Virus record (IMG/VR): IMGVR_UViG_3300043414_001022
Coordinates: 1 to 41,683 of that record
Source: a virus
Lineage: Duplodnaviria; Caudoviricetes
Length of the DNA stretch: 41,683 bases
Reading direction: 5' to 3' (one strand)
The position numbers and the translations under genes were made by a program. Positions 1 to 7,499 of the stretch are shown here, piece by piece (within the stretch, counting starts at the first letter, position 1; each line of letters opens with the position of its first letter). Under the pieces are notes generated by a model. The model saw nothing but the letters and a program-made list of their open reading frames with translations, was not told where the DNA came from and searched no databases.

Positions 1-131
1 TGGTGGCTGGTGGCTGGTGGCTGGTGGCTGGTGGCTGGTGGCTGGTGGCTGGTGGCTGGTGGCTGGTGGCTGGTGGCTGGTGGCTGGTGGCTGGTGGCTG
101 GTGGCTGGTGGCTGGTGGCTGGTGGCTGGTG
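1..131. repeat. Perfect heptamer tandem array (TGGTGGC)18+TGGTG, left contig end
   Basis: Read directly; same unit as the array at the right end. True copy number is unresolved because the contig breaks inside it. Confidence 0.98.
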
Positions 132-147
132 AGGTCGTGGACATCTG

Positions 148-468
148 CTATCCAGCCTGGCGGGAGCTCGGGCGATTCGCTGTTAAGGATCCACCATCTA
201 AGGTCTCTGAGGGTGTTACCAAATTCTGGGGATTGTCCTGGGGCAAGGTTTTTCCCGATATTTTTGAAACTTGCGTGTTTTTTGTGATGCTGTAAATCGA
301 AGCTTCTTGCGCGGCGTCTGTGAGTGCTTCGCGTGCCCACTGGCTGCGCGTCAATCCTCCTGCTTTGGCCAGCCGGTCTATCTCGGCGCTGGTTTCCACG
401 TCAACGGTGGTGCTGACTACGGCGCGGTTTTTCCCGGGTCCGTTTGGTGGTTTTTTTGTTTTTGGCAT
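148..468 (-). CDS. RHH (CopG/Arc-like) DNA-binding protein, candidate immunity repressor
   Basis: VVSTTVDVETSAEIDRLAKAGGLTRSQWAREAL fits the RHH strand-helix-helix pattern; divergent from a second RHH gene. Confidence 0.75.
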   Translation of the reverse strand: MPKTKKPPNGPGKNRAVVSTTVDVETSAEIDRLAKAGGLTRSQWAREALTDAAQEASIYSITKNTQVSKISGKTLPQDNPQNLVTPSETLDGGSLTANRPSSRQAG

Positions 469-516
469 GAGGCAATCTAAAACAGATTTGAATTAAAACG
501 AATTTTTTTGTTTTGC

Positions 517-539
517 TTCTATACAGATTCTGTATAGAA
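517..539. promoter_or_regulatory. Perfect palindrome TTCTATACAGA-T-TCTGTATAGAA, candidate operator
   Basis: 11-bp arms in the AT-rich gap (469-572) between the divergent regulators; weaker inverted repeats at 474-488 and 549-563. Confidence 0.7.
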
Positions 540-572
540 CTTTTCAGAGGTGAGTATTTCACCCCACTTGAT

Positions 573-725
573 ATGACAAAAATCGTTCAAACGAAAATCC
601 CCGCGGAGGTTGATGAAATCATCACCGAGTTGGCTAAAAGCCAGATGGTGAGCCGGGCCGCAATTGTGCGGCAGTTGTTAGTTAAGGCAGTAAACAAAGC
701 AGTTGGGAAGGCGGGCCAAATATGA
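573..725 (+). CDS. Small RHH protein (Cro-equivalent position)
   Basis: MTKIVQTKIPAEVDEIITELAKSQMVSRAAIVRQLL; first gene of the rightward operon. Confidence 0.75.
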   Translation: MTKIVQTKIPAEVDEIITELAKSQMVSRAAIVRQLLVKAVNKAVGKAGQI

Positions 726-868
726 ACCGCCTTTTTTTGTGCCGGGCTTGGGATCCGCTACGCGGACCCTTCGGGGATTATGTGCGGGCATCGAACCGGA
801 AAGCTGCGGCCGCCCGTTTTTTTGAAATTTTCGGTCTACGGGCTTTGAGCGTGGAGGTGGAGCGATGA
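722..868 (+). CDS. Hypothetical 48-aa protein
   Basis: MNRLFLCRAWDPLRGPFG...; ATGA overlaps with both neighbours; below the ORF-track cutoff. Confidence 0.55.
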   Translation: MNRLFLCRAWDPLRGPFGDYVRASNRKAAAARFFEIFGLRALSVEVER

Positions 869-969
869 ATCCTGATGCAATCGACTGGATCAGATGGACC
901 GGCGAGGCCGTTAGCGTATTCGGGCCATATTTTTTAATCGGCATTGCCGCAATCGGATTTTGGGAATGA
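865..969 (+). CDS. 34-aa membrane peptide
   Basis: MNPDAIDWIRWTGEAVSVFGPYFLIGIAAIGFWE; ATGA overlaps both sides; GGAGG upstream. Confidence 0.55.
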   Translation: MNPDAIDWIRWTGEAVSVFGPYFLIGIAAIGFWE

Positions 970-1187
970 TCGAGCAGCATTATTCACCGGCGCAGCTCGT
1001 CAAACTTTTGAGTCTGTCCAGGTCGGCGGTGCAGTCGAGGCTCTATGACGGCACCTTTCCCCATGTTCGCCTGGGAGATCGCATTCTGATTCCGGAATCC
1101 AGCATCAAGCGGGTGCTCGAGGAAGGCCGGATCGGTGGCTCGGTGTATCTCCGCCCTGGCCGCAAACCTTGGGCCGCGTCCCTCTGA
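966..1187 (+). CDS. Excisionase-like (HTH_17/MerR-type) DNA-binding protein
   Basis: YSPAQLVKLLSLSRSAVQSRLYDGTFPHVRLGDRILIPESSI matches the Xis-like winged HTH pattern. Confidence 0.75.
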   Translation: MIEQHYSPAQLVKLLSLSRSAVQSRLYDGTFPHVRLGDRILIPESSIKRVLEEGRIGGSVYLRPGRKPWAASL

Positions 1188-1212
1188 CCTCCGCCGCCTT
1201 TTTTATTTTTTT

Positions 1213-2046
1213 ATGGAATCCCCTTTGATGAAAGTTGAGGCCTCAGAGTCTGCCGCGCCGTTTCTTTTTGCGGAGGCGGATTTGGAGTTTGAGAAGGTGG
1301 AAGCTCTCGGGGAATTCACCGGTGAGCGTTTAGTTGCCCGCCGGCCGGAAACATACCGTGCTATTGTCCGGATGTTGGCTGAGGGGTTGAGCGGTTCGAG
1401 CATTGCTCGGGCTTGTCAGGTCAGCCGGAATACGGTTGCGGCCGTTCGAGAGCGGGAAGGTTATTCTATAGAGCAGAGTAAAAAAGAGTTATTGGCCACA
1501 ATCCGGCGAGGATCACAGATTGCAGCCGAGAGGGTGGTTGAGCTGCTCCCGCACATACAGAACGCCAAGGATGCAGCCATCACGCTGGCGGTTCTGGTGG
1601 ATAAGGCGCAGCTCTTGAGTGGCGAGGCGACGAGCCGGGTTGAGAAGGTCGAGGTTAACCAGGATAAACTCTCGGAGATGCTGGCCTCGCTGCCGGTCCT
1701 CCAGGCTGAGGTTGTCCAGGTAACCGGTCCACGCGGGAGCGGGTCGGAACAAAAGGGGCCGGACGGATCGGGCGGATTGGACGGATCGGGATGCCTGGTT
1801 GATGCGGGCTCTGATACCGAATCAGAAGTCTCTACCTACGCAGGAGGGCTGCGGGTCGCCACTTTGGATGCCACTTGCGCCGCCGAGCCGGTCGAGGTCG
1901 AGGCCCGCCTGATCGACCAGGCGGGGGGGGAGGGGGTCGGATTTTTGGACACCCCCCCACCATACAGCACTGGTTTGGGTGAACAGAAAATTTTTAGCAA
2001 AGGGTCTTCGTCGCAGGAGGCCACTGAGGAGCTTTCAACCAACTAA
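1213..2046 (+). CDS. HTH protein, probable terminase small subunit
   Basis: N-terminal HTH (MLAEGLSGSSIARACQVSRNTV), helical middle (AAITLAVLVDKAQLLSGEAT), low-complexity tail encoded by G/C-run DNA. Confidence 0.55.
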   Translation: MESPLMKVEASESAAPFLFAEADLEFEKVEALGEFTGERLVARRPETYRAIVRMLAEGLSGSSIARACQVSRNTVAAVREREGYSIEQSKKELLATIRRGSQIAAERVVELLPHIQNAKDAAITLAVLVDKAQLLSGEATSRVEKVEVNQDKLSEMLASLPVLQAEVVQVTGPRGSGSEQKGPDGSGGLDGSGCLVDAGSDTESEVSTYAGGLRVATLDATCAAEPVEVEARLIDQAGGEGVGFLDTPPPYSTGLGEQKIFSKGSSSQEATEELSTN

Positions 2047-2049
2047 CCT

Positions 2050-2337
2050 ATGTCTGACTCAAAAAATAAAAAAAACGCGGCGGGGGCCGCTGCTGTGCCG
2101 CCGGTGCCGGTGGCTGAATCGCCGGTGAAGGTGAAGGTGTATCGCCCGACGCCGAACCGCTACCTGCTGCAAGTGCAGGTTCCTACGGGCGAGGCGGGCA
2201 TGATGCGTGTGGCGCTGATGCGGGTGAAGGACAGCCGGTTCTACCGCAATGGCGAGATGATCCCAGCGATGCCTGGGGAGCGGGACATCTGGCAGCCTCT
2301 TAAACAACGATTTGCCCCTGCTATTGGAACTTTATGA
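2050..2337 (+). CDS. Hypothetical protein
   Basis: ORF tiles the operon with 3-bp spacing from the upstream gene. Confidence 0.65.
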   Translation: MSDSKNKKNAAGAAAVPPVPVAESPVKVKVYRPTPNRYLLQVQVPTGEAGMMRVALMRVKDSRFYRNGEMIPAMPGERDIWQPLKQRFAPAIGTL

Positions 2338-2429
2338 AAAAAACAACAACCCTGTTTCAGTCTGCGGCTGTGAGCGTTGCGCTCTATCGCCGTTTCTTGG
2401 AGCAAAAAAAAACGGCCCCGAAAAAATGA
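2334..2429 (+). CDS. Hypothetical 31-aa basic peptide
   Basis: MKKTTTLFQSAAVSVALYRRFLEQKKTAPKK; ATGA overlaps both sides. Confidence 0.45.
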   Translation: MKKTTTLFQSAAVSVALYRRFLEQKKTAPKK

Positions 2430-2755
2430 AAATAACCACAGAGAACACAGAGAACACGGAGATGGAGTGGCGGGATGCTTCAGTGACGCTTCCTGACGAT
2501 GGCTACACGGTCATCATCCACACGCTGGGTGGTGAGGTTTGGACGGGGTTCATTGATGGCGATGTCTGGCGCAATGTTCTTGGGGCTCGCATTCACGAGG
2601 AGGAGGCGGTTTTGCATTGGATGCCGCTTCCGAATCCGCCGCCGATGCCAAACCCACATGAGTTAGTGGCTCATAACACGCTTGCTACGGAGGTTGCAAC
2701 TTGTGGTGCGGAGGTCGAAGTAATGGCCGCAACGACAAGGAAGGAGGCGAAATGA
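2426..2755 (+). CDS. DUF551-like phage protein
   Basis: MEWRDASVTLPDDG...VLHWMPLPNPP signature. Confidence 0.75.
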   Translation: MKITTENTENTEMEWRDASVTLPDDGYTVIIHTLGGEVWTGFIDGDVWRNVLGARIHEEEAVLHWMPLPNPPPMPNPHELVAHNTLATEVATCGAEVEVMAATTRKEAK

Positions 2756-3309
2756 AGACGCGATTGATTGTCATCGACACGGAAACGGGGGGATTTGATC
2801 CCTCGACAAACGCTCTCTTGAGCGTGGCGGCGGTGGATTCCTCGGATAACGAGGCGTTTACTGCCATTATTAAGCCAAATTCGGAGTGGATTTGCGAGCC
2901 GGAAGCGCTGGCGAAGAATGGCTTTACTTTGGATTTTCTGGAAAAAAACGGGCGGCCGGAGCGGGATGTCATGCAGGACTTGGCCTTGTGGCTGGGCACG
3001 CGCCGGTTCTCGGTGCTGGCCGGTTGCAATGTGGCCTTCGACCGCGACTTCCTCAAGACGGCGTTTGCACGGCATAACCTGACTTGGCCTATGGGCAAGA
3101 TGGTGGACCTGCAAGCGGCTGCGTGGCTGGCCTACGAGGCGGGAGGCTTACACCTGCCAGTGGGCAAGGATGGCCAGCCTCGGTTGAATCTCGACCATAT
3201 CGCAGCGGCGCTGGGGTTCTCCCGTAGCGGCAAGACACACAACGCGCTGGAGGATTCGCTTATGACGCTGGCGTGCTTTCACCGCCTGCGTCGGATTGTC
3301 GAGATATGA
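2752..3309 (+). CDS. DEDDh 3'-5' exonuclease (DnaQ/RNase T-like)
   Basis: ExoI IDTETGG, ExoII CNVAFD, ExoIII HNALED; AGGAGG upstream. Confidence 0.92.
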   Translation: MKTRLIVIDTETGGFDPSTNALLSVAAVDSSDNEAFTAIIKPNSEWICEPEALAKNGFTLDFLEKNGRPERDVMQDLALWLGTRRFSVLAGCNVAFDRDFLKTAFARHNLTWPMGKMVDLQAAAWLAYEAGGLHLPVGKDGQPRLNLDHIAAALGFSRSGKTHNALEDSLMTLACFHRLRRIVEI

Positions 3310-3518
3310 GCAATTTCGACTTCGAGCGCGAGCAGACGACTCGCAGACGGGACCACACACTGCAAGCGCTGCACAGCGGCGATGCACGCGTGGGGTTGAT
3401 CTCGGTGCGCGACAGCCGGTTGATCTCGGCTGCCTGCGACCGCTGGCTCGAAAGTCGAGGCGTCCGGACGCGCAGCGTCTGGTGGGATGAGCAGATGCAA
3501 AAAAGAAATAAAAAATAA
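3306..3518 (+). CDS. Hypothetical protein
   Basis: ATGA overlap with the exonuclease; tiles the operon. Confidence 0.6.
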   Translation: MSNFDFEREQTTRRRDHTLQALHSGDARVGLISVRDSRLISAACDRWLESRGVRTRSVWWDEQMQKRNKK

Positions 3519-3520
3519 GT

Positions 3521-4414
3521 ATGTCAAACTGGATAAAAATGCGCAGCAACCTTTGGGATGATCCTCGGATAGCCAAGATTTGCGACATAACAAACAAGCC
3601 CGAGCGCGAGGTCGTCGGCGGGCTGTATTGGATATGGTCGATGGCCGACGATCAGAGCACGGATGGACGACTTGAAGGACTCTCCCTTGGAGCTATCGAC
3701 CGCAAAACGGGCTTGAAAGGACTTGGAGCCGCCTTGGTAAAAATCGGTTGGATTTTGGAAAGTGAAGACGGAGTGGAGATTGCACGCTTCGATGAGCATA
3801 ATGGAGCTTCTGCAAAAAGACGGTCAACGGAGGCAAAGCGTATGCAGTTCGTTCGCAAACCGAAGGATTCTTGTTCGCAACCGATGCAAACAGAAAGCGA
3901 ACACCATGCGCAGCTAGATAAGAATAGAATAGATAATACCCCTATAGTCCCCACAGGGGACATGGAGTTGGAGATCGAATGCGAACCAACACCGGCAGCA
4001 CCGCATCCTGTCCTGACTCGCTTCCGAAACCTCTTCAACCTTCGACCAGAGACACCTCTCGACTCATCCGCCACCCGTGCTTGGGTAAAAAATAAAAAAG
4101 CGGCGGCGGCCGTGAGCGAGGAGGATTGGCGATTCCTCGAATGGGCCTACCGGCAAAAAGAAGGCGCGGCCGCTCAGTTCCGCCGCAAGGATTTAGCCAC
4201 ACTTCTGAACAATATCCTCGCCGAAACCCAGCGTGCCCGTGATTGGGCAGGCCGCAGCGGGGTGAGCGTGAGCGCGTCGGCTCCGGCATCCATGGAACCG
4301 AAGGGCTGGCAAGACCTTGTGACCTCCGAATTTCCCGAATGCAACCTCTCCACCTGGGCACTTCTCCCTGATTCCATGAAAGCATGGGTTCGTGAAAAAC
4401 AATCCGCAGCATAA
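3521..4414 (+). CDS. Phage replication initiator / replisome organiser
   Basis: MSNWIKMRSNLWDDPRI...GGLYWIWSMAD-type N-terminus; upstream of DnaB; internal iteron-like repeats. Confidence 0.75.
   Translation: MSNWIKMRSNLWDDPRIAKICDITNKPEREVVGGLYWIWSMADDQSTDGRLEGLSLGAIDRKTGLKGLGAALVKIGWILESEDGVEIARFDEHNGASAKRRSTEAKRMQFVRKPKDSCSQPMQTESEHHAQLDKNRIDNTPIVPTGDMELEIECEPTPAAPHPVLTRFRNLFNLRPETPLDSSATRAWVKNKKAAAAVSEEDWRFLEWAYRQKEGAAAQFRRKDLATLLNNILAETQRARDWAGRSGVSVSASAPASMEPKGWQDLVTSEFPECNLSTWALLPDSMKAWVREKQSAA
3845..3960. other. Candidate replication origin inside the initiator gene
   Basis: TGTTCGCA-like motifs at 3851 and 3872, inverted at 3885 and 3897, followed by an AT-rich tract (3916-3938) and a CCCCT...AGGGG stem. 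Confidence 0.5.
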
Positions 4415-4430
4415 AAACAAAAAAACCAAC

Positions 4431-4763
4431 ATGTTAAATATCATCGAAACACTCGAAACCAGAGTCACTGAAAGCGGTGACATCTGCATCGTGACACGGC
4501 ACAACGAGGAGTCCAAGAACGACTTCCTCAAATGGCAGATCGGCCTCTACGAGAGCCGTCTTATGGATGACCCTATCTATGGCCTTATGCTGCATGAGGA
4601 TGGATCGCCGGTCTTGGGCGAGGACGGGGGGCAGCTCTTTCGTCTCCTCGGCCATGAGGTGAATCCCTCCGTGTGCTGCAAGGTCTTTCACATTCTTGGC
4701 TTCGGCTCAAATCTCAAAAAAGCCCGCGCCATGGCGGCTGAAAAACTTCCCGCTGCAAAATGA
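4431..4763 (+). CDS. Hypothetical protein
   Basis: A/C-rich leader; ATGA overlap with dnaB. Confidence 0.65.
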   Translation: MLNIIETLETRVTESGDICIVTRHNEESKNDFLKWQIGLYESRLMDDPIYGLMLHEDGSPVLGEDGGQLFRLLGHEVNPSVCCKVFHILGFGSNLKKARAMAAEKLPAAK

Positions 4764-6124
4764 AAAGCTCCCTTCCTGAAAATCAAATCGCCGAAAAAGC
4801 CGTGGTCGGCGCGGCGATCACCGACGGCCGCACGGCCGATAGCGTGCTCGAAGCGCTCACGCCTGAGCAATTCCTCCTGCCAGCGCACCAGAGCATCATG
4901 GCCGCCATCGCCACCATGCGGCAGTCCGCCCGGCCGGTGGACCTCATCCTGCTCACCACCGAGCTCGACAAGCTCGGCCTGCTCGAGGAGGTCGGCGGCT
5001 ACGCCTATGTGACGGATCTCGTCCAGGATGTCGCCGTGACGCTGAACTGGCGCTACTACGCCGCCGAGGTGCTCGACGTGTGGAAACGCCGCGCCATGCG
5101 CCAAGCCGCCATCGCTATGGCCGAAGCCGCCAGCGACCCCGCACTCACCACAGAGGATGCCCAAGAACGCTGCGAGCAGGCGCTCTACGCCCTCCGAGAC
5201 CACACAACAAGGGAAAACCCCGTCGCGCACTGCAAAACGGCTGTAATGGCCGCTGTGGACCATATCGAAAAAGTGTATGCAAACCGAGGCGAGACCGTTG
5301 GTTTGGCCACAGGCATCCATGATCTGGATCGCTCGACAGGGGGATTCCTCGGCGGGCAAATGATCGTCATCGCCGCCCGACCCGCTTGCGGCAAGTCGGC
5401 GCTTGGGATGCAAATCGCTTTGCACGCAGCCCACACCGGCAGCGTGCCCACGCTTGTTTTCTCCGTTGAAATGCCCAGCACGGAACTCATGGTTCGCGCC
5501 ATTTGCTCCGAGGCTGGTCTTGATCTTCAGCTTGTTAGAAGCGGTTTTTTCAAGCAGCAGGACTTGAACACCGTCAGCATGGCCGCCCAGAAGCTCACCA
5601 AGGCACCGCTCTACCTCGACGACACGCCCGGCCTCACCGTCGCGCAGTTCCGCAGCCGCGCCCGCCGGGCAAAGACCGCCCACGGCCTCGGCCTCATCGT
5701 CGTCGATTACCTGCAATTCATGCACGGCAGCTCCAAGCGAGCCGGTGAGAGCCGGGCGCTCGAAGTCAGCGAGATCAGTAAAGCCATCAAGACCGTTGCC
5801 AAGGAACTGAATATCCCCATCATCGCCCTGGCACAGCTCAACCGCGACGCCGACGAAGGCAGCAAACCCAAGCTCTCCAACCTCCGCGAGTCCGGCAGCA
5901 TCGAGCAAGATGCTGATACCGTTCTCTTAATTCACAGGTTGGATAAAAACAAAAAACGCAGCGAGGACGAGGAACCCATGGAGCACAACACCTTGCTCCT
6001 CGTCGCCAAGCAACGCAACGGCCCCACGCCCGAGATAGAACTCAACTTCGTAGGCCAGCAAACCGTATTCCGCAATGTCACAAAGAAACTCTATAGCAAC
6101 AACCAGAACGAGAGGCAGAAATGA
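4760..6124 (+). CDS. dnaB: Replicative DNA helicase DnaB
   Basis: Walker A AARPACGKS, FSVEM, VVDYLQ, LAQLNR, LRESGSIEQDAD, KQRNGP. Confidence 0.97.
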   Translation: MKSSLPENQIAEKAVVGAAITDGRTADSVLEALTPEQFLLPAHQSIMAAIATMRQSARPVDLILLTTELDKLGLLEEVGGYAYVTDLVQDVAVTLNWRYYAAEVLDVWKRRAMRQAAIAMAEAASDPALTTEDAQERCEQALYALRDHTTRENPVAHCKTAVMAAVDHIEKVYANRGETVGLATGIHDLDRSTGGFLGGQMIVIAARPACGKSALGMQIALHAAHTGSVPTLVFSVEMPSTELMVRAICSEAGLDLQLVRSGFFKQQDLNTVSMAAQKLTKAPLYLDDTPGLTVAQFRSRARRAKTAHGLGLIVVDYLQFMHGSSKRAGESRALEVSEISKAIKTVAKELNIPIIALAQLNRDADEGSKPKLSNLRESGSIEQDADTVLLIHRLDKNKKRSEDEEPMEHNTLLLVAKQRNGPTPEIELNFVGQQTVFRNVTKKLYSNNQNERQK

Positions 6125-6168
6125 ATTTTTCCCCAAGAACATAAACAACCAAATAATAAATACATAAA

Positions 6169-6474
6169 ATGAAAAACACATTAAACAAAAACAACAAAAA
6201 GCAAATCATAAAGGGAGATAAGCGCATGGAGTTATATGATCCAAAAAAGGCTGAAAGCATTAGATTGAACCCTCCAATTTATATGAGCATAAGTGAAGCT
6301 GCTTGTTATATAGGTGTTAGCCCAAGAACGGTTCGTGAATATATAAAAAGAGGCGTTCTCCCGGTAGCAAGGCTTGGCCTGTTGAAGAAGGGAAGGATTA
6401 TAATTCGGCGTTTTAATATTGATGATCTTTTGGCTGAGTCAGTTAAAAGTAATCGTAAGGAAATCGAAAAATAA
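6169..6474 (+). CDS. Excisionase-like HTH protein in an AT-rich island (true start may be 6226)
   Basis: MSISEAACYIGVSPRTVREYIKRGVLP...IIIRRFNID; visibly lower GC than flanks. Confidence 0.75.
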   Translation: MKNTLNKNNKKQIIKGDKRMELYDPKKAESIRLNPPIYMSISEAACYIGVSPRTVREYIKRGVLPVARLGLLKKGRIIIRRFNIDDLLAESVKSNRKEIEK

Positions 6475-6478
6475 CACC

Positions 6479-6715
6479 ATGACCATCAGCCACAAATCCA
6501 CACGCACCATCACCGAATACCACTTCGAGCTCACCTCAAATCAAACCTCCCCAAAGTGTCCGGACACTTTGGGTAAAGTGGTGATTTTCTTTGAGAACGG
6601 CAAATTTTTCAAGTGCTTTTTCCCATTTTGCGGCATCTACACCCGCGAGCAATGGGCGATGCTGGCTGAGATAGAAAGCGAGATTCACCGCATTGAGCTA
6701 AACCTTTTGAAATGA
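6479..6715 (+). CDS. Hypothetical protein
   Basis: ATG after AACACC leader; tiles the operon. Confidence 0.6.
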   Translation: MTISHKSTRTITEYHFELTSNQTSPKCPDTLGKVVIFFENGKFFKCFFPFCGIYTREQWAMLAEIESEIHRIELNLLK

Positions 6716-6895
6716 GCAAATCGGTAAGCCGTGAGTGCCAGTCGGTGTGAACCACGCAAGGATGCCGAGTCTGAACGGAATTTACGCGGATGGTTCAACA
6801 TAAACAACCTATCTCTGACAGGTCTCCACAAACCACGGATTCAGAGCCGGGGCGCGACGGACACGCGCTTTCCAACCCTTAACCCATATATAACC

Positions 6896-7141
6896 ATGTC
6901 AATCATATCCGATTCTGCCATATCCTGCCCTGCCTGCCACCGCGAGTGGCAGGACCACCCTGGAGCCGCACATTGTTGCAAGCTCGCCACCGACCTGGCT
7001 GCGAACCTCCGCGCCGTCCTCACCTACGCAAAACCACCGGAATACACCCGAGACATCGGCACTCAGGAGGTTTTCTTCGACCTGATGGAGAACGCCCGGC
7101 GGCTCATCGTGAAGGCACGGGCTTTTGAAAACGAATTGTGA
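6896..7141 (+). CDS. Hypothetical protein with possible Zn-binding motif
   Basis: CPACHREWQDHPGAAHCC. Confidence 0.6.
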   Translation: MSIISDSAISCPACHREWQDHPGAAHCCKLATDLAANLRAVLTYAKPPEYTRDIGTQEVFFDLMENARRLIVKARAFENEL

Positions 7142-7320
7142 ACTCCCTCCGCGACTACATCGCCCACCGCCGTATCGATGCCACCCATGCGCTCAATCTC
7201 TTGCAAGACGCCGGGGTCATCTCGGACCTGTGCGTCACCGTCGATGATGTCGGCGATGCTGGCAAAGCCGTAGCCTGGTTGAGCCTCCACGAAAATGAAC
7301 TGAAGAGGGCTGCAAAATGA
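7138..7320 (+). CDS. Hypothetical protein
   Basis: GTGA overlap upstream, ATGA overlap downstream. Confidence 0.6.
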   Translation: MNSLRDYIAHRRIDATHALNLLQDAGVISDLCVTVDDVGDAGKAVAWLSLHENELKRAAK

Positions 7321-7499
7321 AAGAAGTAGATTGTTTGGTGCATACATCCGCTGATGATTTGCGGGTTCAAACCAAGTATTTCCGTATGACTGGGGTTTAT
7401 CCTGAGAGCGCTGTTTTGCGCGAAGCTCACGAAACTTGTCTGCGGCTTGGCTACAAGACGAAGGCAAAAATTTTGCAACCTCTTCTCAAGCGCCCATGA
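7317..7499 (+). CDS. Hypothetical protein
   Basis: ATGA overlaps on both sides, coupled to terL. Confidence 0.5.
   Translation: MKEVDCLVHTSADDLRVQTKYFRMTGVYPESAVLREAHETCLRLGYKTKAKILQPLLKRP

Noticed and set aside
3-295. Plus-strand ORFs with GGWWLVA repeats
   Set aside because: Translations of the heptamer array with no true start codon, antisense to the RHH gene.
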